Shown: one piece after another, positions 63,781 through 64,000 of the stretch
How positions within the stretch are numbered: the first letter of the stretch is position 1
Layout of the letters: every line of letters starts with the position of its first letter
NCBI GenBank assembly: GCA_040954595.2
Contig: CM082581.2
Coordinates: forward strand, 5,262,699 to 5,326,698
Length of the DNA stretch: 64,000 bases
Origin: Balanoglossus misakiensis
Taxonomy: Eukaryota; Animalia; Hemichordata
Direction: 5' to 3'
Notes under the pieces: model-generated
Seen by the model: only the letters and a program-made list of their open reading frames with translations
Database searches by the model: none
What the model was told of the DNA's origin: nothing
Position numbers and translations under genes: made by a program

Positions 63781-64000
63781 CAAACTCAACACAATCAGTC
63801 TACAGTGACCTTCCCCTGATGTCGCATAAGCTTATGAATAATTAATAGCAATGGATCAGAGCGGTTCAGGACATTTCCTTGTCCCTATGAGCAGGGATCA
63901 CACTGCACACTCTAAATGACAAAACGTGCACCACTGACAACCAGACAAAGTGATCTGCCGTCTTCAAAGTAATGGGGGTCATAAACTAGCAGACGCAGTG

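Noticed and set aside
46000-64000. Many 60-106 aa ORFs as a second gene or further first exons (e.g. 49653)
   Set aside because: No recognisable domains or exon chain; lengths typical of random AT-rich DNA. A more distal first exon cannot be excluded.

Overview
AT-rich, intron-rich animal genomic DNA (invertebrate-deuterostome-like; some dispersed repeats resemble ones I recall from the hemichordate Ptychodera, unverified). The window is dominated by one minus-strand gene for an actin-binding LIM protein (abLIM/UNC-115 family): four LIM domains, a dematin-like middle and a C-terminal villin headpiece. I assembled 17 exons by hand with GT-AG boundaries and consistent phases (45630->2726; 2355 nt, 784 aa plus stop), followed by a probable ~2.7 kb 3'UTR. 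The most interesting signal is a hidden isoform architecture, none of it transcript-verified. It has several candidate internal first exons (some with TATA or CCAAT elements) whose donors are phase-matched to the next exon and would give proteins with 4, 3 or 0 LIM domains. It also has about six frame-preserving 15-36 nt microexon candidates and a strong alternative last-exon acceptor that would replace the F-actin-binding headpiece subdomain with a 17-aa tail. The rest is intronic or upstream DNA with MITEs, a 143-nt hairpin element, decayed LINE fragments and simple repeats. There are no prokaryotic systems, rRNA, tRNA or CRISPR arrays, and most listed ORFs are chance ORFs.
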